Below are positions 46,542 through 56,767 of a stretch of DNA of 64,000 bases, one piece after another. This stretch comes from Arcobacteraceae bacterium (GTDB lineage Bacteria; Campylobacterota; Campylobacteria; Campylobacterales; Arcobacteraceae). The DNA lies in NCBI GenBank assembly GCA_963662945.1, contig OY759974.1, positions 832,001 to 896,000 on the forward strand, in the 5' to 3' direction. The notes under the pieces were generated by a model. The model searched no databases and had not been told where the DNA came from. It saw only the letters and a program-made list of their open reading frames with translations. A program made the translations under genes and the position numbers. The stretch's first letter is position 1; every line of letters starts with the position of its first letter.

Positions 46542-47471
46542 ATGGGTATATTTGATTTATTTTCAAAAAGACAAAAAAGACTTCGTGGTGATGTTCCAGA
46601 TGTTTATCAGTATGAAGATATAAATAATAACTTTCGTGTTCAAGTTGTACATATTATAAGAGATACATTTGGAAGAGATCCTAATTATGGAACTCAACAT
46701 TCATCAACTGCATTTCATGAGATACATCGAATTCTTTGTAAAGAATATGGAGTATTTACACTAAAAGAATATGAAGATAATGATTTCAATAGAATTTATA
46801 ATTATTTTTTATCAGTTCAAGATTATGAAAAAGCACTAGATATAATTGAATTGAGTTTTAAAGTAATTGATAAAATTGTTAGAGGTAATCAATACCAAAG
46901 AGATACTTATGAAATAAAAACAACTCCCGATGAAGCAATAAATGAACTAAATGAAAGATTTAAGGAGCATGGAATTGGTTATCAATTTGAATCAAGTGAA
47001 CTTATAAGAATTGATTCTCAAATTATTCATGCGGATGTAGTAAAACCAACTCTAAATATTTTAAAAAATCAAATCTATGCCGGTGCAAATGAAGAATTTT
47101 TAAAAGCACATGAACATTATAGAAATAATAGAAATCAAGAATGCTTAAATGAATGTTTAAAATCTTTTGAAAGTGTTTTAAAAGCAATTTGTAGTAAAAA
47201 TAATTGGGAATATAGTCAAAATGATAATGCAAATAAATTAATAACTATTTGTTTTAATAATAATTTAATTCCAGACTATTTAAAATCACAATTTACATCA
47301 TTACAATCATTATTTACAAGTGGTGTACCAACAATAAGAAATCGTAATTCGGGACATGGACAAGGTGTTGAGCAAAGAAGTGTTACTAATGAAATGACAA
47401 GCTATATGTTACATTTAACAGCAACAAATATATTATTCTTAACAAAGCAAGAAGAACAATTAAACAACTAA
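46542..47471 (+). CDS. AbiJ-like/HEPN (STM4504/CBY_0614-like) candidate anti-phage protein, integron cassette gene
   Basis: LFSKRQK...PDVYQY N-terminus, INELNERFKEHGIGYQ and C-terminal IRNRNSGHGQG (RN...H HEPN/Abi_C-like motif). Confidence 0.75.
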   Translation: MGIFDLFSKRQKRLRGDVPDVYQYEDINNNFRVQVVHIIRDTFGRDPNYGTQHSSTAFHEIHRILCKEYGVFTLKEYEDNDFNRIYNYFLSVQDYEKALDIIELSFKVIDKIVRGNQYQRDTYEIKTTPDEAINELNERFKEHGIGYQFESSELIRIDSQIIHADVVKPTLNILKNQIYAGANEEFLKAHEHYRNNRNQECLNECLKSFESVLKAICSKNNWEYSQNDNANKLITICFNNNLIPDYLKSQFTSLQSLFTSGVPTIRNRNSGHGQGVEQRSVTNEMTSYMLHLTATNILFLTKQEEQLNN

Positions 47472-47472
47472 A

Positions 47473-47592
47473 AACTAACAAAACATTATGGATACTGCGG
47501 TTTTTTGAGCTTTTAAGTGTCGATTAAATAAAATATAAAAACAAGAATTTCAAGTCGTTAAATCCACTTGTTTCTCAACTTAGGCATTACAT
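47473..47592 (+). other. Degenerate attC-like site
   Basis: AACTAAC immediately after the stop codon, near-complementary to the cassette-start GTTAGCT; the distal end reads TTTCTCAACTTAGGC-ATTACAT where GTTRRRY would be expected. Confidence 0.5.
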
Positions 47593-47593
47593 T

Positions 47594-48787
47594 CTACAAC
47601 TCAATAACTTTTTTCTTATCCAAACTCTTTCTCCCAGCTTCAAGTATTTTTGTCACATTTAATGTATTTTGAATAGTTGGTAAAGTTTTATTATATTCTT
47701 TTAATCTCTTTGTATCTTTTTGAAGCTCTTTTGCACTTTTTATAAATGTAGCGATACTTTTATATCCATACCCATCTTGCCCTACAAACTTCCCATCTTT
47801 TGGAGTATATTTCATAAAAAGTGGATTGGAACTTTTAAAACCATTGGTGTCTGTACTTTGGGTATATCCTCTATGAGCTTGGTCTATATTTATCTCCCCT
47901 TTTTCACCCATATAGAAAAATCTTTGTTGAGAGTGTACATCTGCTGGTGGTGCTATCCACGAAGCTGTGTGGATACTTGTTCCTAAACTTCCATCTTTTA
48001 TATTTTCCCATTGTACTGTTAATGTTATAGTATCTTCTACATCTCGTTTGAGTTTTTTATTTGCAACACCCGTTGAAGCTGTTGCGTATACTGAGATTGG
48101 TTTAGCTATATCTTCTAGTGTCCAACATAAAAAATCAATATGATGAGAGTTAAGATAGTAGCTTATATCACTACTTATCCCAGCCCACGAAGCAAAAGTG
48201 TCAAGTTGTGATTTTGGTTGTGACATATAGCTATTAAAATAGGAAAAGTCACCAAATGTTCTGATATTGTCTCTCGCATCTGCATAGATTGGATCAAATC
48301 TTTTATGCACCTCTAACATCAAAAGAAGATTGTTTTTTGTAGCTAGTTTTTGAAGTTTTTTATGCTCTTTTGTTGTTTTTACTAAGGGTTTTGCTACAAG
48401 TGTATGCATCCCAGATTTTAGTGCGTATTGTGCTATCTCAAAGTGTGTATCATCTGGGGTAAAGATAAGCACTGCCGAGCCTTTTTTTAAACTATCTATT
48501 GCATTTTTATAAGCTGTATCACTTTTGGTATTTTTTTGTGGAAAACCTTCAAATGAAGTGTTTAATGTAGGATAAAAAGCTTTCATATTAGTATCAAAAT
48601 GTTCTTTAATAATAGTAAACTTATCACCATCTCTACCAGCTAGTTTGATATTTTTTATAAGTCCTTGCTCTTTTAGGTCAAATAAACTTAAAGCAATAAC
48701 ACCTAAACTTTTATCAGAATTAGCCTTTTTATCTCCACTCAATCCTGTAACATATTCACCAATACCAACCACACATACATCTATCAT
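47594..48787 (-). CDS. Gfo/Idh/MocA oxidoreductase (D-galacturonate reductase-like)
   Basis: VVGIGEY Rossmann loop, FTPDDTH, AKPLVK, HKRFDP and YLNSHHID motifs. Confidence 0.8.
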   Translation of the reverse strand: MIDVCVVGIGEYVTGLSGDKKANSDKSLGVIALSLFDLKEQGLIKNIKLAGRDGDKFTIIKEHFDTNMKAFYPTLNTSFEGFPQKNTKSDTAYKNAIDSLKKGSAVLIFTPDDTHFEIAQYALKSGMHTLVAKPLVKTTKEHKKLQKLATKNNLLLMLEVHKRFDPIYADARDNIRTFGDFSYFNSYMSQPKSQLDTFASWAGISSDISYYLNSHHIDFLCWTLEDIAKPISVYATASTGVANKKLKRDVEDTITLTVQWENIKDGSLGTSIHTASWIAPPADVHSQQRFFYMGEKGEINIDQAHRGYTQSTDTNGFKSSNPLFMKYTPKDGKFVGQDGYGYKSIATFIKSAKELQKDTKRLKEYNKTLPTIQNTLNVTKILEAGRKSLDKKKVIEL

Positions 48788-48876
48788 TTTAAATTTACCC
48801 CAATTATTAATTTTATTACCACTTCTATAGCTACTTTTTCATATAATACCAAAAATAAATTATATAAAAGTATATT

Positions 48877-49077
48877 ATGAAACAACTAGAAAAAGATTTA
48901 CAAGAAGCATATAAATTACGATTTGAATTTTTCAATCTTTATGAAAATAAAGAGGAAAAATGGCACAAAAAATATTCCCACCATCCGTTATATCTTTTAG
49001 TTATAGAAAGTTTTCAATATCCATTTTCAGAGATTGGCGTACAAATGCCAAAACTAATTGAAGAATTTAACAAATAA
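48877..49077 (+). CDS. Small hypothetical protein
   Basis: 66-aa ATG ORF filling the gap between genes. Confidence 0.55.
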   Translation: MKQLEKDLQEAYKLRFEFFNLYENKEEKWHKKYSHHPLYLLVIESFQYPFSEIGVQMPKLIEEFNK

Positions 49078-49085
49078 AATACACA

Positions 49086-49820
49086 CTATAAATCTATCAT
49101 CATAACTTGACCGGCTTGTACGCCAAGTTTTTCAAGTTGTATTTTTGAACGGGCATTTTTGGAGTTCATCTTTTCTTCATGATACTCTTCTCTTTTATTT
49201 GATTCCCAAGTTGTATTCCAAACTACACTAGATAAGTTTATCACTTTTGCATTCATAGTGTTTGGTTTGAGTTGTTGTAAAAGTGAGATTGTAACAACCT
49301 CTTCAATTCCCCCTGGAATATCCTCTAAATTTCCACTTGAAATACTTAAAAAACCTGTTAAAGAAAGTTTTTCTAGATTCCAAAGTGCCAATGTATTCCA
49401 AGGACTATTCCAACCGTTTATGATGCAAGTTTCATTTTTAGCCCCATGTCTATCATGAAGTTTTGCACCAACGACTAAAGTATTTTCATCTAGATAACTC
49501 TCTAATCTTTGCATATCTTCCAAGGAAATTTCTACCTCGATACTTTGAAAAAGCAACTCTTTTGCACCTATTGAAAGTGCTTTTTCTACAAGTAAATTTA
49601 AAGGTTGTGTAAAACTTATCCAAGGTTCTATATGAAATATTTCTATTCTCTCTTTAAACTCTTCTTTAGCATTTTGTATTGCATTGAGGTATTTTGTATC
49701 AACAACTACAATAAGTTTGTCACAATAATTTAATACATGTGTACACCACTTATAAATCAAAGATGGATCTATAAGAACATTTTCATTTGTTGTATGAAGT
49801 CTTGTAGCTACAATTCGCAA
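49086..49820 (-). CDS. Hypothetical protein coupled to the acyl-CoA ligase
   Basis: 244-aa ORF with TTG start 3 bp after the upstream stop; motif-like segments SPWNTLALWN and GGIEEV. Confidence 0.75.
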   Translation of the reverse strand: MRIVATRLHTTNENVLIDPSLIYKWCTHVLNYCDKLIVVVDTKYLNAIQNAKEEFKERIEIFHIEPWISFTQPLNLLVEKALSIGAKELLFQSIEVEISLEDMQRLESYLDENTLVVGAKLHDRHGAKNETCIINGWNSPWNTLALWNLEKLSLTGFLSISSGNLEDIPGGIEEVVTISLLQQLKPNTMNAKVINLSSVVWNTTWESNKREEYHEEKMNSKNARSKIQLEKLGVQAGQVMMIDL

Positions 49821-49823
49821 ATT

Positions 49824-51521
49824 TTATTTTCCTAATACTATTTCACTATTTTTTATTTTATTATACAATATTTGATCCAACTCAAGATATTGACCATCAA
49901 TTAACACAAAATGTTTAGCTTTTTTATAGTTTTCAATTCCCTCTTTTGCCAACGCCGTTTTTTGTATTTTTAATGTTGATGTAGTAGTATGTTTCTCTTT
50001 TGCCAATTTTACAATATAAGGTAAAGCATACGATGGTAACTTCTCTTGTAATTTATTTAAAAATATATCGAGATTGAGTTGCTCTTTAGTTACAAGTGAA
50101 GCCATTCCTATTTTACCATCAAGATTAGGTAAACTGATTCCATATACTGCAACCTCATCAAACTCTCCACACGTATAAATGCTCTCTTCTACATCAACAC
50201 AAGCTATATTCTCACCTTTAAATCTATAGGTATCCCCTAATCTTTCTATAAATGTATAAAAACCATCTTCTGTAGAACTTAACAGATCGCCACTTTTCCA
50301 CCATACATCACCAGTTTCAAAAAGATTTCGATACAGCTTTGTTTCATCTAAACTACTATCAAGATAGCCTTTATAAATTCCACTTGGTACTTTAAAAAGT
50401 GCCTGACCATTTTCTCCATAAGAAACTACTTTGTAATTTTCATCTACAAGCACCATCTCATTGAGTCTTGGGTCATCGGCAGGTAAATATCCACAAAAGC
50501 CGTGAACATCATACCAATTTGTTAAAGCCCCTGCTGGCATCTCTGTTGAACCAAAATGTTCCACCACATGAGATATATCAAATTGTTCTACAACTTTATC
50601 CCACAAACTTTTTGTTAGACCATTTCCAAATATCACTTGTAAATATTTATTTGGATTGGTATCATATTTATTTAAAATATATCGCCAAAGCTCTCCAATA
50701 TAAACCATATAGTTACATCTATAACTATTAATATCTTCAAAAAAATGTGTAGTTGAAAACTTTATCCGTATAGTTGCTGTTGCATTTGCGTATATAACAC
50801 TACTAAACGCAACCGCAAGTGCATTTCCATGATAGAGTGGTAGTGGAATATAGCAGTTGTCATCACTTGTCATCCCTGTTCGTAAACTCCAAGCAACTCC
50901 TGCCCCAATAGCACGTCTATGAGAAAATAATGCACCCTTACTAGGTCCACTTGTTCCACTTGTGAAGATAACAAAAGCTGGGTCATCAAGAGAAGTTGAA
51001 AGAGAAAAGTCATAAATTAAAGGTTGTAGTTTCTTTTGAAGTATCTTTTGAATATTATAATTTTCCAAACTATTTATGGGATTTCCAAATACTATTTTTG
51101 TATCGCTGTACTTTGCTAGCTCTTCAAGTCTATTATCTGGTTCTCTATTATTAAAAAGTATTGCTAATTTTCCAGCTTTATTAATACCTATAACTGTTGC
51201 TAAAAAATAAAAACTATTATGATAATTCACCCCAATTTGATATTCTTGTGTTGTATTAAGTAAAAAATTTTTGATTTTATTGGAAGCTATTTCAAGTTCT
51301 TCATAGGTATACGAGTTATTTGTATCAACTTCATTGATGACTATTTGTTTTGGAGTTTGTTGTGCTTTGAAAGAAAAAAGTGCTCCCCAGTTTGTGAGTT
51401 TGGTTTCTTTGATTTCATCCCAACATTTTTGTTCTTTTAAGGAGAGAGTTTCATATAAAAACTCCATCCCCTCTTTTGTAGTATTCTGTTTTTTTATTGA
51501 ATTTAAAAATTCAACATTCAT
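49824..51521 (-). CDS. FATP/FadD6-like long-chain acyl-CoA synthetase
   Basis: FTSGTSGPSKG, PLPLYH, YIGELWRY, GNGL, GSTE, SGDLL and RLGDTYRFKGEN motifs. Confidence 0.88.
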   Translation of the reverse strand: MNVEFLNSIKKQNTTKEGMEFLYETLSLKEQKCWDEIKETKLTNWGALFSFKAQQTPKQIVINEVDTNNSYTYEELEIASNKIKNFLLNTTQEYQIGVNYHNSFYFLATVIGINKAGKLAILFNNREPDNRLEELAKYSDTKIVFGNPINSLENYNIQKILQKKLQPLIYDFSLSTSLDDPAFVIFTSGTSGPSKGALFSHRRAIGAGVAWSLRTGMTSDDNCYIPLPLYHGNALAVAFSSVIYANATATIRIKFSTTHFFEDINSYRCNYMVYIGELWRYILNKYDTNPNKYLQVIFGNGLTKSLWDKVVEQFDISHVVEHFGSTEMPAGALTNWYDVHGFCGYLPADDPRLNEMVLVDENYKVVSYGENGQALFKVPSGIYKGYLDSSLDETKLYRNLFETGDVWWKSGDLLSSTEDGFYTFIERLGDTYRFKGENIACVDVEESIYTCGEFDEVAVYGISLPNLDGKIGMASLVTKEQLNLDIFLNKLQEKLPSYALPYIVKLAKEKHTTTSTLKIQKTALAKEGIENYKKAKHFVLIDGQYLELDQILYNKIKNSEIVLGK

Positions 51522-51534
51522 ATTTTCACTTAGT

Positions 51535-53322
51535 TTATTTTTTATTATCTACATAATGTATAGCATCTTTGATACTATAATCTTCATTTTTCAATGCTTC
51601 AATTATTTCACATAAATAAGTAAGACCATTTCCATTTATTCCATCAACAGAGATTTCTCTCTTTTCTTCTGTTTTTCGTGAAATAATTTCAACTAAACCA
51701 TCTTCAAGTTTTTTACCAACAACAACAGAATAAGGGAAACCAATAAGTTCAAAATCAGCCATTTTAGAACCATAAGTATCTTTTTTTCCTTTTCTATCAT
51801 CAAAAATAGTATCTATTTTATAAGTTCTTGTAAGTTTTTGATAGATTTGTTCTGCCATATCAAATTCAACTTCTTTTTTTCCATTTGATACAATTACATC
51901 TACAAAATAAGGAGCTGTTTCTTTTGTCCAAATACACCCTTTTTCATCATGACTTTGCTCAACTACTGCTGCAATTAGTCTACTTACACCTATCCCATAT
52001 GTTCCCATAATAAATGGTTGTGATTTTCCATTTGCATCTAAAAAGTTTGCCCCTAAAGGTTCACTATAAACTGTACCTAACTGAAAAATATGCCCAGCTT
52101 CAATCCCTTTTGTATATCCTAATGTTCCACCACAGCATTTACAAACATTTCCCTCTTGAACTGCACATAAATCAGCATAAATATCTTCCTCTTTACAACA
52201 AACATCAACTCCACATAAATGATAATTTACCTCATTTGCTCCACATACCATATCATGAGAATCTTTTAGTTCTTTATCAATTTTATAAAGAATATTTGCA
52301 GGTAAATCTACAAGTCCAACATACCCTGCACATAATCCAGCAGCTTCTATATCTTCTATTGTTGCATCATCTAATTCTAAAGCATTTACACTATTACAAG
52401 CTTTTGTCTCTTCAAGTTCATCGTCACCTCTTACAAAAAATACTACAACTTTAGATTCTTCTTCATAAATAGCTTTTTTGATAACTGCTTTGATTGTTTG
52501 AGATGGTTTGATTTTTAAAAATGAACTCACCTCATCAATAGTTGTAAGATTTGGTGTTTCTACTTTTCCACTTCTATCAAGCTTTACAGTATCTATAGTT
52601 CTAGGTTCTCTTACTGCAGCTTCAATATTTGCACCATATTCACAGTTATCACATACAACTATTGTATCTTCTCCACTGTCTGCTATGACATGAAATTCTT
52701 TACTTCCAGTTCCACCAATAGCTCCACTATCTGCTTCAACTACTCTAAAATCAAGACCAAGTCTTGTGAAGATTTTTTTATAAGTTTCTTCCATAAGTGC
52801 AAATTCTCTTTGCATATCTTCAACAGATTCATGAAAAGAATATCCATCTTTCATAAGAAACTCTCTTCCTCTCATAAGTCCAAATCGAGGTCGTGCTTCA
52901 TCTCTAAATTTTGTATTGATTTGATATAAGTTTAGTGGTAAATCTTTATAGCTAGTTACTCTATTTTTTACTAACTCTACCATCGCTTCTTCATTTGTAG
53001 GGCTTAATACAAAATCATTATTTTTTCTATCTTTGATTCGTAACATCTCTAACCCCATCTTAGAGGCTCTACCACTTCTTTGCCAAAGTTCATAAGGGGT
53101 AACAAAACCTAATTGTACTTCACTACAACCCGCATTATCTAACTCCTCTTTTACAACCGCTCTTATCTTATCAAGAACAATTTTTCCTAAAGGCATATAG
53201 TTATAAAGTCCACTTCCTTGTTGATTGATAAATCCAGCTCTTATTAAAAACTGGTGAGATGGAAGTGTTGCATCATTTGGTGTTTCTTTTGTTGTTGGTA
53301 TAAAACAGTTTGAAAATTTCAT
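51535..53322 (-). CDS. proS: Proline--tRNA ligase
   Basis: [25 protein letters not shown], editing insertion and [11 protein letters not shown]. Confidence 0.97.
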   Translation of the reverse strand: MKFSNCFIPTTKETPNDATLPSHQFLIRAGFINQQGSGLYNYMPLGKIVLDKIRAVVKEELDNAGCSEVQLGFVTPYELWQRSGRASKMGLEMLRIKDRKNNDFVLSPTNEEAMVELVKNRVTSYKDLPLNLYQINTKFRDEARPRFGLMRGREFLMKDGYSFHESVEDMQREFALMEETYKKIFTRLGLDFRVVEADSGAIGGTGSKEFHVIADSGEDTIVVCDNCEYGANIEAAVREPRTIDTVKLDRSGKVETPNLTTIDEVSSFLKIKPSQTIKAVIKKAIYEEESKVVVFFVRGDDELEETKACNSVNALELDDATIEDIEAAGLCAGYVGLVDLPANILYKIDKELKDSHDMVCGANEVNYHLCGVDVCCKEEDIYADLCAVQEGNVCKCCGGTLGYTKGIEAGHIFQLGTVYSEPLGANFLDANGKSQPFIMGTYGIGVSRLIAAVVEQSHDEKGCIWTKETAPYFVDVIVSNGKKEVEFDMAEQIYQKLTRTYKIDTIFDDRKGKKDTYGSKMADFELIGFPYSVVVGKKLEDGLVEIISRKTEEKREISVDGINGNGLTYLCEIIEALKNEDYSIKDAIHYVDNKK

Positions 53323-53395
53323 TATTTGTTATTCCTAGTATTATTTGAAGTGTGTATTTTACTATAAACTTACTTATAGCAAATATTTAAATCAT

Positions 53396-54907
53396 TTAGA
53401 GAACAATTGTAAAGCAAGCACCACCATTTTGATTTGAAACATTTATGTCACCTGCTGATTTATCAATAATTTGTTTTGACATATAAAGTCCTATTCCTGT
53501 TCCTACACCTTCTGGTTTTGTGGTAAAGTTCGCTTCAAAAATATGTTCTATAACATTTTCAGGTATTCCACCAGCATTATCTAATATAGTGATACAATTT
53601 TTTTGACCAACTTTATCCAAAGTAATAATGATTTTTCTTTCTTTGATTTTATTTTCAACAAAAGCATCTTTAGCATTATTTAAGATATTTAAAATTACAT
53701 GTTTAAATTCATTTTCAACACCATTATAAATTAACTCTTGTTTCACATTGACTTCAACTTTTATAGTATGTTTTATCAATTCATCTTTTATAAGTAATAA
53801 TACACTATTAATACTCTCTTCTAGAAAAAACTCATGTTTCTCTTTATTTGGTCTCAAAAATGTTCTAAATTCATTTAAAGTGTTTGTCATATGTTCGATT
53901 TGAATATAAACTTTTTGTTGATACTCTTCTAAAACTTTTTTTGATAACTTATCATCAACAAGTTCATAAGTAAGAAAATCTGTATTTAATTGAATTAAAC
54001 TAATTGGTTGTTTCCATTGATGTGCAATAGCATCTATCATTTCACCCATAGAAGCCATTTTTGCTTGTTCATAAAGCACTTTATCTTTAAATCTCAGTTG
54101 TTCTATATGTTTTTTTAAGTCTCTAACAAGTATTAAAATAATCACAAAGAATACGATATAAGCAATCATCATAATATAAAACTTCTTTGTCATTCCACTT
54201 TGTTTTTTTTGAGATTCTTCCTCTAATATTTGAAAGCTTTCTTCAATAATAGTTGGTAAAATATGATTTGTTATTTTGGAAAATATTTTATGTAATTTTG
54301 GAATCTCATTATGTAATAACTTAATATGAATATATTGTAATTTATAAACACTGTTTTTTTCTTGATTATTTTGAAAAAACTCTAATAAGTCTTTTGAAAA
54401 AAGATACTCTTGATTAAAACTGTTTTTCATATCATTCAACTCAGTTACAATTTTTACATAATTATCAAAATAAAGTTTATTATCACTTTCTAAACTCGTT
54501 AACTTTTTATTTAAAATAGACATCGAGTTTTTAATTTTTGCATTAATCATTATAAACTGATTTGTTAAGTTTTTTAATTCAATTCTATGTTCTGAATATT
54601 TTTTTAAATTTTTATATACTCTTGGGTAATTTTTTTTTATTATTTCATCTTCTAGTAACATTTTATTGAAATCTTCATTTTTTTTATTATGTTTGACTAA
54701 AATGTCATTATTAAATTTTCCTGCAATTAAAGATTCTTTTAAAATATCTAAATGTGTTTTCCAACTATTATCTAAAATATACAGTTTTTTGATTGTTTGT
54801 AAATAATTTTGATGAAACTTATTGATTTGTGAATTAAAATCAACAGCAAGATATAGAACTCCAACAAGAAGTATTGTAATGGCTGTAAGTCTAAAATCTA
54901 TTTTCAT
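53396..54907 (-). CDS. Sensor histidine kinase with helical periplasmic domain (DAHL-like)
   Basis: Two TMs, AHQWKQP H-box, NILNNAKDA, DNAGG and GTGIGL. Confidence 0.9.
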   Translation of the reverse strand: MKIDFRLTAITILLVGVLYLAVDFNSQINKFHQNYLQTIKKLYILDNSWKTHLDILKESLIAGKFNNDILVKHNKKNEDFNKMLLEDEIIKKNYPRVYKNLKKYSEHRIELKNLTNQFIMINAKIKNSMSILNKKLTSLESDNKLYFDNYVKIVTELNDMKNSFNQEYLFSKDLLEFFQNNQEKNSVYKLQYIHIKLLHNEIPKLHKIFSKITNHILPTIIEESFQILEEESQKKQSGMTKKFYIMMIAYIVFFVIILILVRDLKKHIEQLRFKDKVLYEQAKMASMGEMIDAIAHQWKQPISLIQLNTDFLTYELVDDKLSKKVLEEYQQKVYIQIEHMTNTLNEFRTFLRPNKEKHEFFLEESINSVLLLIKDELIKHTIKVEVNVKQELIYNGVENEFKHVILNILNNAKDAFVENKIKERKIIITLDKVGQKNCITILDNAGGIPENVIEHIFEANFTTKPEGVGTGIGLYMSKQIIDKSAGDINVSNQNGGACFTIVL

Positions 54908-54923
54908 TTATATACCTTCTATA

Positions 54924-55835
54924 TTAGAGTGTCTCAGGTAAATCACCAGTAACAGTTTGCAAAAACTTTTCAATATAGTGAATCTCATCATTTGTTAAAA
55001 CAACTCCAATATTATAATAGCCCATTAACATGATTGCTTCTTTAAGTGTTTTGATATGTCCGCTATGAAAATATGGTGCAGTTTTTTCCACATTTCGTAA
55101 ACTAGGAACAATAAAAACATTTTTATCTTCAATCTGTCCTGTAACTTTATATCTATCTTCCCATTGAGTTACACTATCATTAAGATCAATAACCGTTCCA
55201 AATTTTTGATAAGAGTTACCTCCAAGATTAATTCCATTATGGCAAGAGGCACAACCATAAGAAACAAAAAGTTCCAATCCTTTTTGTTCTTCAGAAGATA
55301 GTTCCACTTCATGCCGAAGATATTTGTCAAATTTTGAATTTTTAGAAATAAGTGTATTTTGAAACTCCACAATAGCATCAATAACTAATTCAAAACTTGG
55401 TTTTTGATGATAAACTTCTTCAAAAAGAGTTAGATATTTTGGACTATTTTGTAATCTCTTTTCTATATCTTCTTTACTACTTGCCATTTCATGTTTATTA
55501 AAAAATGGACCATCTGTCATTTGTGCCTGCAAAGTTTCACTTCTTCCATTCCAAAAATAACCTATTTTATATGGTAAGTTAAAAACTGATGGTGTATTTA
55601 TAAACCCTCTTCTATTCTCTGTTCCTAAACTAAATTGTTTAGTATCTGCACCATAATGAAAATGACAAGAGTGACAAGAGATATCTCTATCTCTTGATAA
55701 TATAGGATCAAAAAAAAGAGTTTTTCCTAAACTTACTTTTGTACTATTGTAAGATATTTTTTGAGGTAAGGGGAGAAAAAGAACTTGTGAAAAGCTCAAA
55801 GTAATTACAAAAAATAAAAGTATGAAAACTTTCAC
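54924..55835 (-). CDS. Di-heme cytochrome c peroxidase/MauG family protein
   Basis: LFFDPILS, CHSCH, CASCH and VPSLRNV..TAPYFH motifs. Confidence 0.9.
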   Translation of the reverse strand: MKVFILLFFVITLSFSQVLFLPLPQKISYNSTKVSLGKTLFFDPILSRDRDISCHSCHFHYGADTKQFSLGTENRRGFINTPSVFNLPYKIGYFWNGRSETLQAQMTDGPFFNKHEMASSKEDIEKRLQNSPKYLTLFEEVYHQKPSFELVIDAIVEFQNTLISKNSKFDKYLRHEVELSSEEQKGLELFVSYGCASCHNGINLGGNSYQKFGTVIDLNDSVTQWEDRYKVTGQIEDKNVFIVPSLRNVEKTAPYFHSGHIKTLKEAIMLMGYYNIGVVLTNDEIHYIEKFLQTVTGDLPETL

Positions 55836-55862
55836 AACTTCTCCTTAAATTTTATTCAAGCT

Positions 55863-56759
55863 TTAAAAACTTCTATTTATCATATCGCCCATAATATTTT
55901 CTAAATCAGTGTTATTATAATCTTTGATAGCTTCAATTGCTTCTAGTCCTAATTTTTGAGCTTCTTTTACACTATCTGCTAAAGCATTTGTGTGTTGCAT
56001 GTTCTTTTTTATCCAAGCTATTTCTTCTTCATTTAACTCTTTTTTATACAATGATTTTAAATAGTTTTTATCTTCTATTCTTTCATGCAATAAAAGATAA
56101 GGAATTGTTACTTTTCCCTCTACAAAATCTAACATTGCAGGTTTCCCCAATGTTACACTATCTTGTGTAATATCTAAAATATCATCTATCATCTGAAAAG
56201 CTAATCCAAGGTTTTTCCCATAAAGAGCAAATGCATTTTCATCTTTTCCACTTAAAAGTGCTGCTGCTTTTGCACTAGCTTCTATTAAAGAAGCTGTTTT
56301 TTTATAAATCATATCAAAATATTTATCATAAGAGGTATTAAAAGAGTTTGTTAAATCTACATCCATCATCTCACCCACACTTAAAAGTGTTACAGCATTT
56401 GAGATAGTAAATGCAACTTTTTTGTCCATAGTAGTTAATTGTGTAAAAGCTTTTGAGTAAAGAATATCCCCAAACATTATAGAAGTTTTACTATCAAAGA
56501 GTGCATTTATAGAAGGCTTACCTCTTCTTGTATCTGCCTCATCTATTACATCATCGTGAAGAAGTGATGCTGATTGTATCATCTCTACTATAGCACAAAG
56601 TTTAATACTTTCTTCAGTTACTCCCGCAATTTTCAATATTAACTTACTTCGTAACATTTTACCTTCAGATAATAAATCAAGTAACTCTAAACTTTTTGCA
56701 TCCCCAATCTCTTCAACAAATGTTTGTATCTGTTCTTTAACTCTTAATAACGCTTCCAT
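55863..56759 (-). CDS. ispB: Polyprenyl diphosphate synthase
   Basis: LLHDDVID..RRG and FQMIDDILD motifs. Confidence 0.9.
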   Translation of the reverse strand: MEALLRVKEQIQTFVEEIGDAKSLELLDLLSEGKMLRSKLILKIAGVTEESIKLCAIVEMIQSASLLHDDVIDEADTRRGKPSINALFDSKTSIMFGDILYSKAFTQLTTMDKKVAFTISNAVTLLSVGEMMDVDLTNSFNTSYDKYFDMIYKKTASLIEASAKAAALLSGKDENAFALYGKNLGLAFQMIDDILDITQDSVTLGKPAMLDFVEGKVTIPYLLLHERIEDKNYLKSLYKKELNEEEIAWIKKNMQHTNALADSVKEAQKLGLEAIEAIKDYNNTDLENIMGDMINRSF

Positions 56760-56767
56760 ATTTTAAA

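Noticed and set aside
47594-49077. Further integron cassettes beyond the first
   Set aside because: The next gene is in the opposite orientation, and no additional attC-like ends were recognisable.
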